In this document: positions 17,544 through 24,292 of the stretch, one piece after another | Layout: every line of letters begins with the position of its first letter | Numbering within the stretch: the stretch's first letter is position 1 | From: a virus | Lineage: Duplodnaviria > Caudoviricetes | Length of the DNA stretch: 37,000 bases | Virus record (IMG/VR): IMGVR_UViG_3300017785_003765 | Coordinates: 1 to 37,000 of that record | Strand: one strand, 5' to 3' | Made by a program: the position numbers and the translations under genes | The notes under the pieces: generated by a model | Seen by the model: only the letters and a program-made list of their open reading frames with translations | Told to the model about the DNA's origin: nothing | The model's database searches: none

Positions 17544-17569
17544 CACGCCCTACTGTAGTCGTATAGGAT
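17540..17569 (+). promoter_or_regulatory. Sigma-70 promoter for the recombination/middle operon
   Basis: TTGACA-N18-TAGGAT with a CTAC-T-GTAG palindrome in the spacer. Confidence 0.65.
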
Positions 17570-17625
17570 TGCGACTTCGTCGCCCCGCCATCTCGCGAGG
17601 CCACACTCACAAGGTAGGTATCACG

Positions 17626-17817
17626 ATGACCGCAGACATTCCGACCGAGCCCACGGCACGACTCGCCCACGCGCTCCTCCTCGCCCTCACCGCCCCCGTG
17701 GGACGCGAGGCGGCGATTGATGACCTCGTGCAGTTCTTTGCCCTAGGCTTGGCCCCTGATCAAATCACGCGCGCCTGTGACGCCGCGCAACGTGCGGCGC
17801 GGGCGGTGGCATCGTGA
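17626..17817 (+). CDS. Small helical protein (paralogue of 14692..14871)
   Basis: AAGGTAGG RBS; ARLAHALLLALTAPVGREAAIDDLV. Confidence 0.65.
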   Translation: MTADIPTEPTARLAHALLLALTAPVGREAAIDDLVQFFALGLAPDQITRACDAAQRAARAVAS

Positions 17818-17978
17818 CCTACGACGACTGGAAGACGACCGACCCGCGTGACCGGGATCGCTGGTCGGACGACCCCGACGAGCGCGACCCCGACGAGCGC
17901 GAACCCGACGAGCCGGAGCCTGACCCGGACCCGGACCCGGACCCGGATCGCACATACGGCTGGGGGGTATCGCCATGA
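17814..17978 (+). CDS. 54-aa acidic Asp/Pro-repeat peptide (absent from the ORF track)
   Basis: GTGA and ATGA overlaps at both ends; MTYDDWKTTDPRDRDRWSDDPDERDPDEREPDEPEPDPDPDPDPDRTYGWGVSP. Confidence 0.6.
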   Translation: MTYDDWKTTDPRDRDRWSDDPDERDPDEREPDEPEPDPDPDPDPDRTYGWGVSP

Positions 17979-18163
17979 TCCTGCGTGTGCGACTGCCCGG
18001 CGCGCTCTACCGGCTGGTGTTGGATGTCTGCCGACACAACAACAGCCTGATCAACGCCGTCATTGTGCGACTACTGGAGACAGACGCGCTGGTGGAACAC
18101 GCCCTTGACGAGATCCTTGCTGAGAAACTGGAACTAGACACCCGCAGAGCGGAGGCAGAATGA
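17975..18163 (+). CDS. Ribbon-helix-helix (Arc-like) protein
   Basis: LRVRLPGALYRLVLDVCRHNNSLINAVIVRLLE. Confidence 0.55.
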   Translation: MILRVRLPGALYRLVLDVCRHNNSLINAVIVRLLETDALVEHALDEILAEKLELDTRRAEAE

Positions 18164-18939
18164 CTGAGATTACCTACGCCGACCTCGCCACGATCAACGT
18201 CAACGACCACACGGAGAAGAAGGGCGGGCTGACCTACCTGTCGTGGGCATGGGCTGTCGATCAGCTCCTGCGGCGCGACCCTGACGCCGCATGGGACTAT
18301 CGGCTGTGGAACGACCAGCCCGTCTGCCTTTTGCATGACAGCACGGCGCTGGTCTGCTGCACCGTGACGGTCGGGGGCCGGTCGAAAACCGTGTGGCTCC
18401 CCGTGATGGACCATAAAAATCGCGCCATCGTCTCGCCGGATGCGTTTGCCATCAACACGGCCATGCAGCGGGCGCTGGTCAAGGCGATTGCCCTGTGTGG
18501 ACTCGGCTTATACATCTACGCCGGGGAAGACCTGCCGATGGAAGATGACGCGGTCGTGGCGTCAGCACAGGACGCCTACGCGGCGTGGCTGGAGTCGCTG
18601 ACGCCCATTGCGGATACCGGCAACTTTCAGGCACTGGTGGCGACGATTCGGCTCCAGCCCGCGTATGCCGCTGTGCTGCGGGGAAAGGACATCGCCGTCT
18701 GGACGGCCCTGAAGGCCCGTCAGGAGGCCGTGGTGGCCCCCGCCTTAGCGCTGGTCCAGACGATGGCCGCGTCGGGTCTGCCGGTCCGTGCGGCCACGGT
18801 GACGGCGGGAGACGCCCCGCCGTTTTCGCTCCCGCTCAACGCACAAGAAGATGCCCAGTCTGGTGACGAGCACTACGCTGTGGGGATCGCCAAGGTCAAG
18901 GCTGCGGTGAAGCGCACGGTCAAGGCGATGCCGTCGTGA
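18160..18939 (+). CDS. Sak/DUF1071 Rad52-like single-strand annealing protein
   Basis: INVNDHTEKKGGLTYLSWAWA, WLPVMDHKN, INTAMQRALVKAIALCGLGLYIYAGEDLP. Confidence 0.9.
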   Translation: MTEITYADLATINVNDHTEKKGGLTYLSWAWAVDQLLRRDPDAAWDYRLWNDQPVCLLHDSTALVCCTVTVGGRSKTVWLPVMDHKNRAIVSPDAFAINTAMQRALVKAIALCGLGLYIYAGEDLPMEDDAVVASAQDAYAAWLESLTPIADTGNFQALVATIRLQPAYAAVLRGKDIAVWTALKARQEAVVAPALALVQTMAASGLPVRAATVTAGDAPPFSLPLNAQEDAQSGDEHYAVGIAKVKAAVKRTVKAMPS

Positions 18940-19604
18940 TCGAGCATCACGTCGCGCAACGGACTACCGCTTGGTATGCCCTGCGGTGCGGACGGGTGTC
19001 AGCGTCACAAGCCGAGCATGTCCTCGCGAAAGTCAAGGGGAGTGGCGAAGCGGCGGGTCGGCGTGACCTGCGGATGCTGCTGGCACGGGAGCGACTCTCG
19101 GGCTTGCCCGATGACGGCCCGACGTTTGTGTCCGCCGACATGCAGCGTGGAATGGACCTGGAACCCGAGGCCCTGGCCGCGCTGGAACTCTCCGGGCTGC
19201 TGCCGGGGGCTATTCGGGCCGTGGGGTATCTCACCCATGACACCCTGCCGGTGGGCTACTCCCCTGACGGAGTTTGTGGTCCCGGCTACGACGTGCTGGT
19301 GGAAACCAAATGTCCGCGCATGGCGACCCATCTGGACTATCTGGACGCGCCGACGACGATCCCGGCCCGCTACGTCGCGCAACTCACCCATGCGCTGTGG
19401 CTGACGGGCGCGTCTGTCATCCATTTCGCCGCCTACTGTCCGGCGTTTACCCGCGCCCCGTTGTTCCATTTGCCGGTGACGCCGGATCAGGTCGATCTAC
19501 TTGCCTACGAGACGGCGCTTCGCTCGTTCCTCGACGAGGCCGATACCCTCGTCACGCATCTCAACGCGAAATATCCCGTGAAGGAGTCTGTGTATGCCGT
19601 TTAA
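18936..19604 (+). CDS. YqaJ/lambda-exonuclease family nuclease
   Basis: QRTTAWYALRCGRVSAS, MQRGMDLEPEA, GYSPDG, ETKCP, YVAQ. Confidence 0.9.
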   Translation: MIEHHVAQRTTAWYALRCGRVSASQAEHVLAKVKGSGEAAGRRDLRMLLARERLSGLPDDGPTFVSADMQRGMDLEPEALAALELSGLLPGAIRAVGYLTHDTLPVGYSPDGVCGPGYDVLVETKCPRMATHLDYLDAPTTIPARYVAQLTHALWLTGASVIHFAAYCPAFTRAPLFHLPVTPDQVDLLAYETALRSFLDEADTLVTHLNAKYPVKESVYAV

Positions 19605-19860
19605 GAAAGACGAGAACGAACTCGGAGTGCTGTGGATCAAAGCCGCCGCGACCGGGAAGGTGTTTATGTCGGGAAACGTGACCTGCCCCGCCTGCGCGCA
19701 CGAACAGCGCGTGGTCGTGTTCAGCACTCCGTCCCCGAAGAAACACGAGAAGATGCCCGACTGGCGCATCCTCAAAAGTGAACCCCGTGACGGGGCCGCG
19801 CCCGTCAGTGCCGCGCCCCGTGCCGGGCGACCGGCGACGAGCGATGACATCCCCTTCTGA
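19594..19860 (+). CDS. SSB-like protein (DUF736-like) with DDIPF tail
   Basis: LGVLWIK..GKVFMSGNV, PDWRI, C-terminal SDDIPF; CxxC insertion. Confidence 0.7.
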   Translation: MPFKKDENELGVLWIKAAATGKVFMSGNVTCPACAHEQRVVVFSTPSPKKHEKMPDWRILKSEPRDGAAPVSAAPRAGRPATSDDIPF

Positions 19861-20035
19861 GCGGTACGACGCCTATTGCCGCCTTCTGTCGCAGCCCGAT
19901 GAGCCGGAGCTGCGGCGGCGGCGGGCGCATCTCACCCAGCCGGGGGACGCTGACCGGTACCCCCGCGTCTGGCTGCGCCTCGTGGATGCCTATACCGCGT
20001 GGCTCGGTTTGCAATATGACGAACGCCGCATGTAG
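19844..20035 (+). CDS. Hypothetical protein
   Basis: 63 aa filling the gap between overlapping neighbours. Confidence 0.4.
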   Translation: MTSPSERYDAYCRLLSQPDEPELRRRRAHLTQPGDADRYPRVWLRLVDAYTAWLGLQYDERRM

Positions 20036-20399
20036 CGCGGACTTTGCCGCCTTCTGGGCCGCGTATCCCCGGAAGGTGGCGAAGCGATCCGCGCAAACGG
20101 CGTATACGAAGGCCCGTCGCCTGACCGACGCCCAGACGCTGCTGGACGCCGTCGCGGCCTATATCCAGCACAAGCCCGACTACCAGGACTATTGCCATCC
20201 GGCAACATGGCTGCATGGCGGGCGCTGGGAGGACGAATATGCCACGGCCCCGCCCGTTGTCCCTGACGTCTCGGTCGGCGGCATTCAGTACGACTGCCCC
20301 CATCCCACCCCCTGCGCCTCGCGCTGGGCCTGTGGCACCCGTCAACTTGCGGAGCGCGTGGCCTGGCGACACGCCTCATCACAGAGGAACCTATTATGA
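20016..20399 (+). CDS. Protein resembling the C-terminal domain of phage replication initiators
   Basis: FAAFWAAYPRKVAKRSAQTAY...HPATWLHGGRWEDE. Confidence 0.7.
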   Translation: MTNAACSADFAAFWAAYPRKVAKRSAQTAYTKARRLTDAQTLLDAVAAYIQHKPDYQDYCHPATWLHGGRWEDEYATAPPVVPDVSVGGIQYDCPHPTPCASRWACGTRQLAERVAWRHASSQRNLL

Positions 20400-21067
20400 G
20401 TGTCACGAAATACGCGATTACCCTGACCGGCGAGTCTCCGCTGCTGATGCACGCCGACGATCTGAAGTGGCGGTCGGAACTGGACCGCTGGCTGGCGAAC
20501 CCCGAAAACAAACGCCTGAGCAAAGCCGGGGATGACCGGACCCCCGCGTGGAAGTGGCTGGGCTACTGCTATCACGATGGGGTCCGGCTGGGGATGCCCG
20601 CCGACAACCTGATGACGCTGCTGCGCGAAGGCGGTGCACGGGTGCCGACCGGCAAGAAGGGCGCAACGTACAAACGCCAGTCGCAGAGCGGGCTGATTGT
20701 GGACCAGATGCTCTGGCCGCTGCTGACCGGCGACGGCAACCAGGTGCCGTGGGCGAAACTCTCGCCGCTGACGGCGGAGAAGGACTACGCCGTCCACGAA
20801 ACGACCGCCGCCTCGCTGGGGTTTGAATTGTTTGCGAAGGCGGCGAAGGTCGGGATGTCCAAGCATGTGCGGGTGCGTCCTCGGTTCAATGCGTGGAGCG
20901 TCAGCGGCAGCATCACCGTGGTGGATGAGACGATCACGGGGGAGATTCTTGCGCTGATTCTGGAGATGGCGGGGACGTATTGTGGACTGGGCGATTGGCG
21001 TCCCAGTAGCCCCGGTAAACCGGGGCCGTGGGGACGGTTTCGCGCCACGGTGCAGGTGCAGCGATGA
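20396..21067 (+). CDS. Solo Cas7/RAMP-like RNA-binding protein (candidate Vipr-like effector)
   Basis: N-terminal strand ITLTGESPLLMH, MPADNLMTLLREGG, RVRPRFNAW and Gly-rich loop GLGDWRP..GPWGRF, a RAMP/Cas7 layout; no other cas genes present. Confidence 0.75.
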   Translation: MSVTKYAITLTGESPLLMHADDLKWRSELDRWLANPENKRLSKAGDDRTPAWKWLGYCYHDGVRLGMPADNLMTLLREGGARVPTGKKGATYKRQSQSGLIVDQMLWPLLTGDGNQVPWAKLSPLTAEKDYAVHETTAASLGFELFAKAAKVGMSKHVRVRPRFNAWSVSGSITVVDETITGEILALILEMAGTYCGLGDWRPSSPGKPGPWGRFRATVQVQR

Positions 21068-21525
21068 CGAAGTCCCCTCTGTTTGCGGCGGGGATTCCCA
21101 CGGACGCGGATGTCCATCGGCTCTTCGCTGTCTTTGGGGTACCCGCCGAAGGGGTCAAGATGACGTATGCCGAGGTGTCGGAGGTGATCCATGTGGCCCC
21201 TGCGGCCTCACGGTTCCGCACGGTCACGCAGGCGTGGCGGAACCGCCTCGTCCGGGAACACAATATCTACCTCCGGGCGGGGGAGGGCGCGTATGTCGCC
21301 CTCGCGCCCGGCGAACGGGTAGACCTGAGTGCGACGAAACTGCGGATGGGGGTGCGGAGTTTCCGACGCGCCCATGCGGTCGCGACCAGTACGGACTGGA
21401 CGCGTCTGTCGGCAGAAGAGCGGCAACAAGCGGAGCATATCCAGCGGGTGGCGACGACGGTCATCCAGTCAGCCCGGCTGCAAGCGCGGACGACTAAGCC
21501 GGTGTTGCCCGCGGCGATTGGCTAA
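21064..21525 (+). CDS. Accessory protein with a winged-helix-like N-terminus
   Basis: ATGA-coupled to the RAMP gene; MTYAEVSEVI...RFRTVTQAWRNRLVREHNIYLRAGEGAYV; stop codon directly abuts the array. Confidence 0.75.
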   Translation: MTKSPLFAAGIPTDADVHRLFAVFGVPAEGVKMTYAEVSEVIHVAPAASRFRTVTQAWRNRLVREHNIYLRAGEGAYVALAPGERVDLSATKLRMGVRSFRRAHAVATSTDWTRLSAEERQQAEHIQRVATTVIQSARLQARTTKPVLPAAIG

Positions 21526-21984
21526 CAAGGAACGGGGCCTGGCACGGCGTGTCCAGGCGTGGCCGGGCATGGCGTGGCACGGCTGGGTGAGGCAAGGAAC
21601 GGGGCCAGGCACGGCTAGGCACGGCGCGGCGAGGCTTGGCTAGGCGAGGAACGCGGCTCGGCAGGGCAGGGCAGGGCAGGGCGTGGCTTGGCCCGGCAAG
21701 GCTGGGCGAGGAACCGGGCGGGGCGGGGCGGGGCGTGGCTTGGCTAGGCGAGGCTAGGCGGGGCAAGGAACACGGCTCGGCAGGGCGGGGCGTGGCCCGG
21801 CGTGGCAAGGAACGTGGGTAGGCCCGGCGCGGCTGGGCCAGGCTGGGCAGGGCAGGGCACGGCGAGGAACGCGGTCCGGCAGGGCGGGGCGTGGCTTGGC
21901 TAGGCAGGGCACGGCGAGGAACAGGGCCGGGCTCGGCAAGGCATGGCTGGGCGTGGCAGGGCGAGGCACGGCGAGGAACAGGGT
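21526..21984 (+). repeat. Non-coding (GGY-NN)n pentamer array, 8 units delimited by RAGGAAC-NN (candidate guide-RNA array)
   Basis: GGAAC at 21529, 21596, 21648, 21710, 21767, 21809, 21866, 21918, 21975; units of 12, 9, 11, 10, 7, 10, 9, 10 pentamers; 74 of 78 start with GGC and 2 with GGT. Confidence 0.92.
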
Positions 21985-22120
21985 TGAAATCAAAGACGGC
22001 GCGAAGGTCAAGAGCAAGCAGCAGCTGACTGAGGACGAAGTGCAGTTCCACGCGCTGATGGCGGCGGCGGGGGTGACCGTGCAGGTGGTGACCAGCGTCG
22101 AGGAGGCGCTGGCGCTGTGA
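21983..22120 (+). pseudogene. Orphan C-terminal half of a VRR-NUC nuclease
   Basis: VEIKDGAKVKSKQQLTEDEVQFH...VQVVTSVEEALAL has ExK but no upstream PD half or start codon. Confidence 0.7.
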
Positions 22121-22149
22121 GTGTTTACTTTGACAGGACAGGAGCCGAA

Positions 22150-22413
22150 ATGAAAAAGATTGTGAACGTGACGGAAGTGACCGGCGAAGGACTTGATAAA
22201 CTTCTCGGTGAGGTGATCACATTGTTCTGCATGAACTACATCTACACCGGCACACTGGCGGGCGTGAACGGCGAGTGCGTGCTGCTAGAGAATCCGTCCA
22301 TCGTGTATGAGACTGGCCCCTTCTCAGACACGGCGTGGCAGGACGCGCAGCGGCTCCCGAAAGATCTGTATGTGATGAAAGCGTCAATCGAGGCGTTCGG
22401 GATCGTGAAGTAG
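22150..22413 (+). CDS. Sm/LSm-like small beta-barrel protein
   Basis: GGAG RBS; LLGEVITLFCMNYIYTGTLAGVNGECVLLENP (Sm1-like) and LYVMKASIEAF (Sm2-like). Confidence 0.65.
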   Translation: MKKIVNVTEVTGEGLDKLLGEVITLFCMNYIYTGTLAGVNGECVLLENPSIVYETGPFSDTAWQDAQRLPKDLYVMKASIEAFGIVK

Positions 22414-22419
22414 CCGTCA

Positions 22420-22569
22420 ATGCAAGCGCTGGCGCATAAATATCGGTCGCGGGCGCGGTTGTGGTCGCGGTCGTGGTCGGGGTCGCGGTCGGCGTCGTGG
22501 TCGCGGTCGGGGTCGCGGTCGCGGTCGTGGTCGGGGTCGGGGTCGCGGTCGCGGTCGGGAGCGTTGTGA
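22420..22569 (+). CDS. 49-aa Arg/Ser/Trp/Gly repeat peptide (absent from the ORF track)
   Basis: MQALAHKYRSRARLWSRSWSGSRSASWSRSGSRSRSWSGSGSRSRSGAL; its stop overlaps the GTG of the next gene. Confidence 0.5.
   Translation: MQALAHKYRSRARLWSRSWSGSRSASWSRSGSRSRSWSGSGSRSRSGAL
22444..22557 (+). repeat. 19-copy hexamer repeat (C/G/T)GGTCG
   Basis: 16 of 19 hexamers are exact BGGTCG. Confidence 0.9.
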
Positions 22570-23126
22570 TTCATTCAGCCATCGGCCCATTACTGAGGCA
22601 TCTCTACGTGTTCGTGGACACCACGTTTACCGGTCGCGAGACTGGTCAACTCTGCCGGTTCGCCCCAGCGGTGTGGTTTGGCCTGACCAGCACACCGGGC
22701 CGGATGTGGGGCTGCACCGTGCTGTTGGAGAGCGGCGCGGTCTATCGCTCTCTGCCGCCTCAGGCACTGGCGTTCTCGATGCATCCCGATGACCCGTGGA
22801 CCGCGCAGGACGCGCAGACCTGGGACTGCTACAGCAGCGACTTCTCGACGGTGGAATACCCGTATCTGTCGGGGCTGCGGTGTCTCGCCAAGACCGGAGC
22901 GACCACGTCCGAGGGGCGATACCTATTCTCGATTGGGCCGGTCGGTGACGGGTTCTCCGCCCAGCCGGAACAGGCCAAGGAGTTTCATTTTATCGAGCTG
23001 GAGAATGGACGGCTGACCATCCAGCCGACTGACCGGGTGGTCTACGAGGAGAAGAGCTTCACGTCCGGCCCATTGGCCTTCCCGCATGGGCTGCGGGCGC
23101 AAACTGAGGTGTATCGCTGTGAGTAA
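22566..23126 (+). CDS. Conserved phage hypothetical protein
   Basis: GTG start after the repeat; AVWFGLTSTPGR, LLESGAVYRSLP, QTWDCYS, IELENGRLTIQPTDRV. Confidence 0.75.
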   Translation: MIHSAIGPLLRHLYVFVDTTFTGRETGQLCRFAPAVWFGLTSTPGRMWGCTVLLESGAVYRSLPPQALAFSMHPDDPWTAQDAQTWDCYSSDFSTVEYPYLSGLRCLAKTGATTSEGRYLFSIGPVGDGFSAQPEQAKEFHFIELENGRLTIQPTDRVVYEEKSFTSGPLAFPHGLRAQTEVYRCE

Positions 23127-23319
23127 CTTGACCCGCGTCGTCAAGCGGTTGATCTGCCCGCGATGCCGACGCCGCACCGACCGCAAATGGATCGACGAGC
23201 GCGGCTCGAACGGCTATGGCTGGTGTCGCACCTGCGTCCCCGCCGTCGTGGTTGTGCCCTATGACGCCGCGCAGGCGATCCGGCATCGGGCACGGGCCAA
23301 GGCGCAGATTCTTCCATGA
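23119..23319 (+). CDS. Small zinc-ribbon protein
   Basis: CPRC...WCRTC; overlaps both neighbours. Confidence 0.55.
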   Translation: MSNLTRVVKRLICPRCRRRTDRKWIDERGSNGYGWCRTCVPAVVVVPYDAAQAIRHRARAKAQILP

Positions 23320-23597
23320 CATTCCGACGCGGCGGGGCCGGGAAACGTCGAGATGCCATCGAACCGGCCATTGTCGAGGCGCTGAAGGCGCATGGGGTGA
23401 CGGTCTGGCAGATCAGCGGCAGAGGCCTCCCAGACCTCCTGTGCTGGCATCGCCGTCGCTGGACGCCCCTCGAGGTGAAGACAGGCCCCAAGGCCCGTCT
23501 GAGCGCTGTGCAAGCCCTCCAGCAGGCCCCGTGGGCGATCGTGCGGTCGGTGGACGAGGCGCTCCATGCCGTCCTGATGCCGGGGCCGGGGCGGTGA
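23316..23597 (+). CDS. VRR-NUC family nuclease / resolvase
   Basis: RRDAIEPAIVEALKAHG, GLPDLL, LEVKT, IVRSVDEAL. Confidence 0.8.
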   Translation: MTFRRGGAGKRRDAIEPAIVEALKAHGVTVWQISGRGLPDLLCWHRRRWTPLEVKTGPKARLSAVQALQQAPWAIVRSVDEALHAVLMPGPGR

Positions 23598-24040
23598 CCT
23601 CCCCTGTCCTCTTCTCGCGCCGGTCAGACGAGTGGGCCACCCCCGCTGGGCTGTTCGCGGACCTCGATGCCGAGTTCCATTTTGATCTTGATGCCGCCGC
23701 CACGCCCAGCAACGCAGCCGTCCCGCGTTATCTCACCAATGCGCTCAACGCCCAGTGGGAACGCTGTGGCACACGCATCTGGTGCAACCCGCCCTATAGC
23801 CAGATCCGGTCGTTCCTGCATCGCGCCAGTCGGGCCGCTCGGTGTGGGGCCGTGGTGGTCTGTCTAGTTCCTAGCCGCACCGACACACGCTGGTGGCACG
23901 AGTATGTCTGGGATACCGAGCGGCAGCGGCCTCGCGCCGGGGTTAAGGTGCGCTTCCTGAAAGGCCGTCTGAAGTTTGGCGACGGGCACGGCAGTGCGCC
24001 CTTCCCGTCCGCCGTCATCATCTTCCGGTCCCGGGCATGA
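23594..24040 (+). CDS. Phage DNA N6-adenine methyltransferase (Dam-like)
   Basis: DEWATP, FDLDAAA, WCNPPYS, LVPSRTDTRWWH, FLKGRLKF, APFPS. Confidence 0.92.
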   Translation: MTSPVLFSRRSDEWATPAGLFADLDAEFHFDLDAAATPSNAAVPRYLTNALNAQWERCGTRIWCNPPYSQIRSFLHRASRAARCGAVVVCLVPSRTDTRWWHEYVWDTERQRPRAGVKVRFLKGRLKFGDGHGSAPFPSAVIIFRSRA

Positions 24041-24189
24041 CGCCCGACTGCCCCAAGTGCAAAGACATCCAGACCGAGGAGATTGTCACGCATGGCCGAC
24101 GTGAGTATTTTTGCCCGACCTGTGCGTATAGCTGGCCCGTGCCCGTATTGCGACCAGCCACTCCCGCGCCGCCTGAACCAGCACCGTAA
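24037..24189 (+). CDS. 50-aa zinc ribbon (absent from the ORF track)
   Basis: ATGA-coupled; [34 protein letters not shown]. Confidence 0.6.
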   Translation: MTPDCPKCKDIQTEEIVTHGRREYFCPTCAYSWPVPVLRPATPAPPEPAP

Positions 24190-24292
24190 GTTCTGCGGTG
24201 CCGCCTGTCGCCAGCGGTATCACGCGCTCGGACGTGTCCCTGCGCCTGCGGCAGTGCCCGTGCGCGGCCTCCTCATGGAGCGAACTCGATGA
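24092..24292 (+). CDS. Small zinc-finger protein
   Basis: CPYCDQPL...[13 protein letters not shown]; stop overlaps the next ATG; start uncertain. Confidence 0.5.
   Translation: MADVSIFARPVRIAGPCPYCDQPLPRRLNQHRKFCGAACRQRYHALGRVPAPAAVPVRGLLMERTR

Noticed and set aside
20384-20390. GAGGAAC upstream of the RAMP gene as an extra array delimiter
   Set aside because: It is explained as a Shine-Dalgarno sequence; the same 7-mer precedes the unrelated gene at 14483.
21526-21984. Classical CRISPR array
   Set aside because: No 25-40-nt identical repeats with unique spacers. The constant part is a short delimiter plus GGC every 5 nt, and no cas1/cas2 is present.
21047-22090. Partial self-matches of unit 1 (AC.GT.CA.GT) at about 21047 and 22076
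   Set aside because: Only about 4 dinucleotides match, which is expected by chance. No full self-target was found by eye, though the search was not exhaustive.
21329-22120. ORFs 21329..21643, 21494..22051, 21636..21821, 21754..22017 and the N-terminus of 21896..22120
   Set aside because: These low-complexity ARRG/PRPA translations are by-products of the pentamer periodicity; the 5-nt period does not fit coding constraint.
22461-22565. Val/Ala/Gly-rich N-terminal extension of ORF 22461..23126
   Set aside because: It is the hexamer repeat read in another frame; the GTG at 22566 overlapping the upstream stop is the more plausible start.
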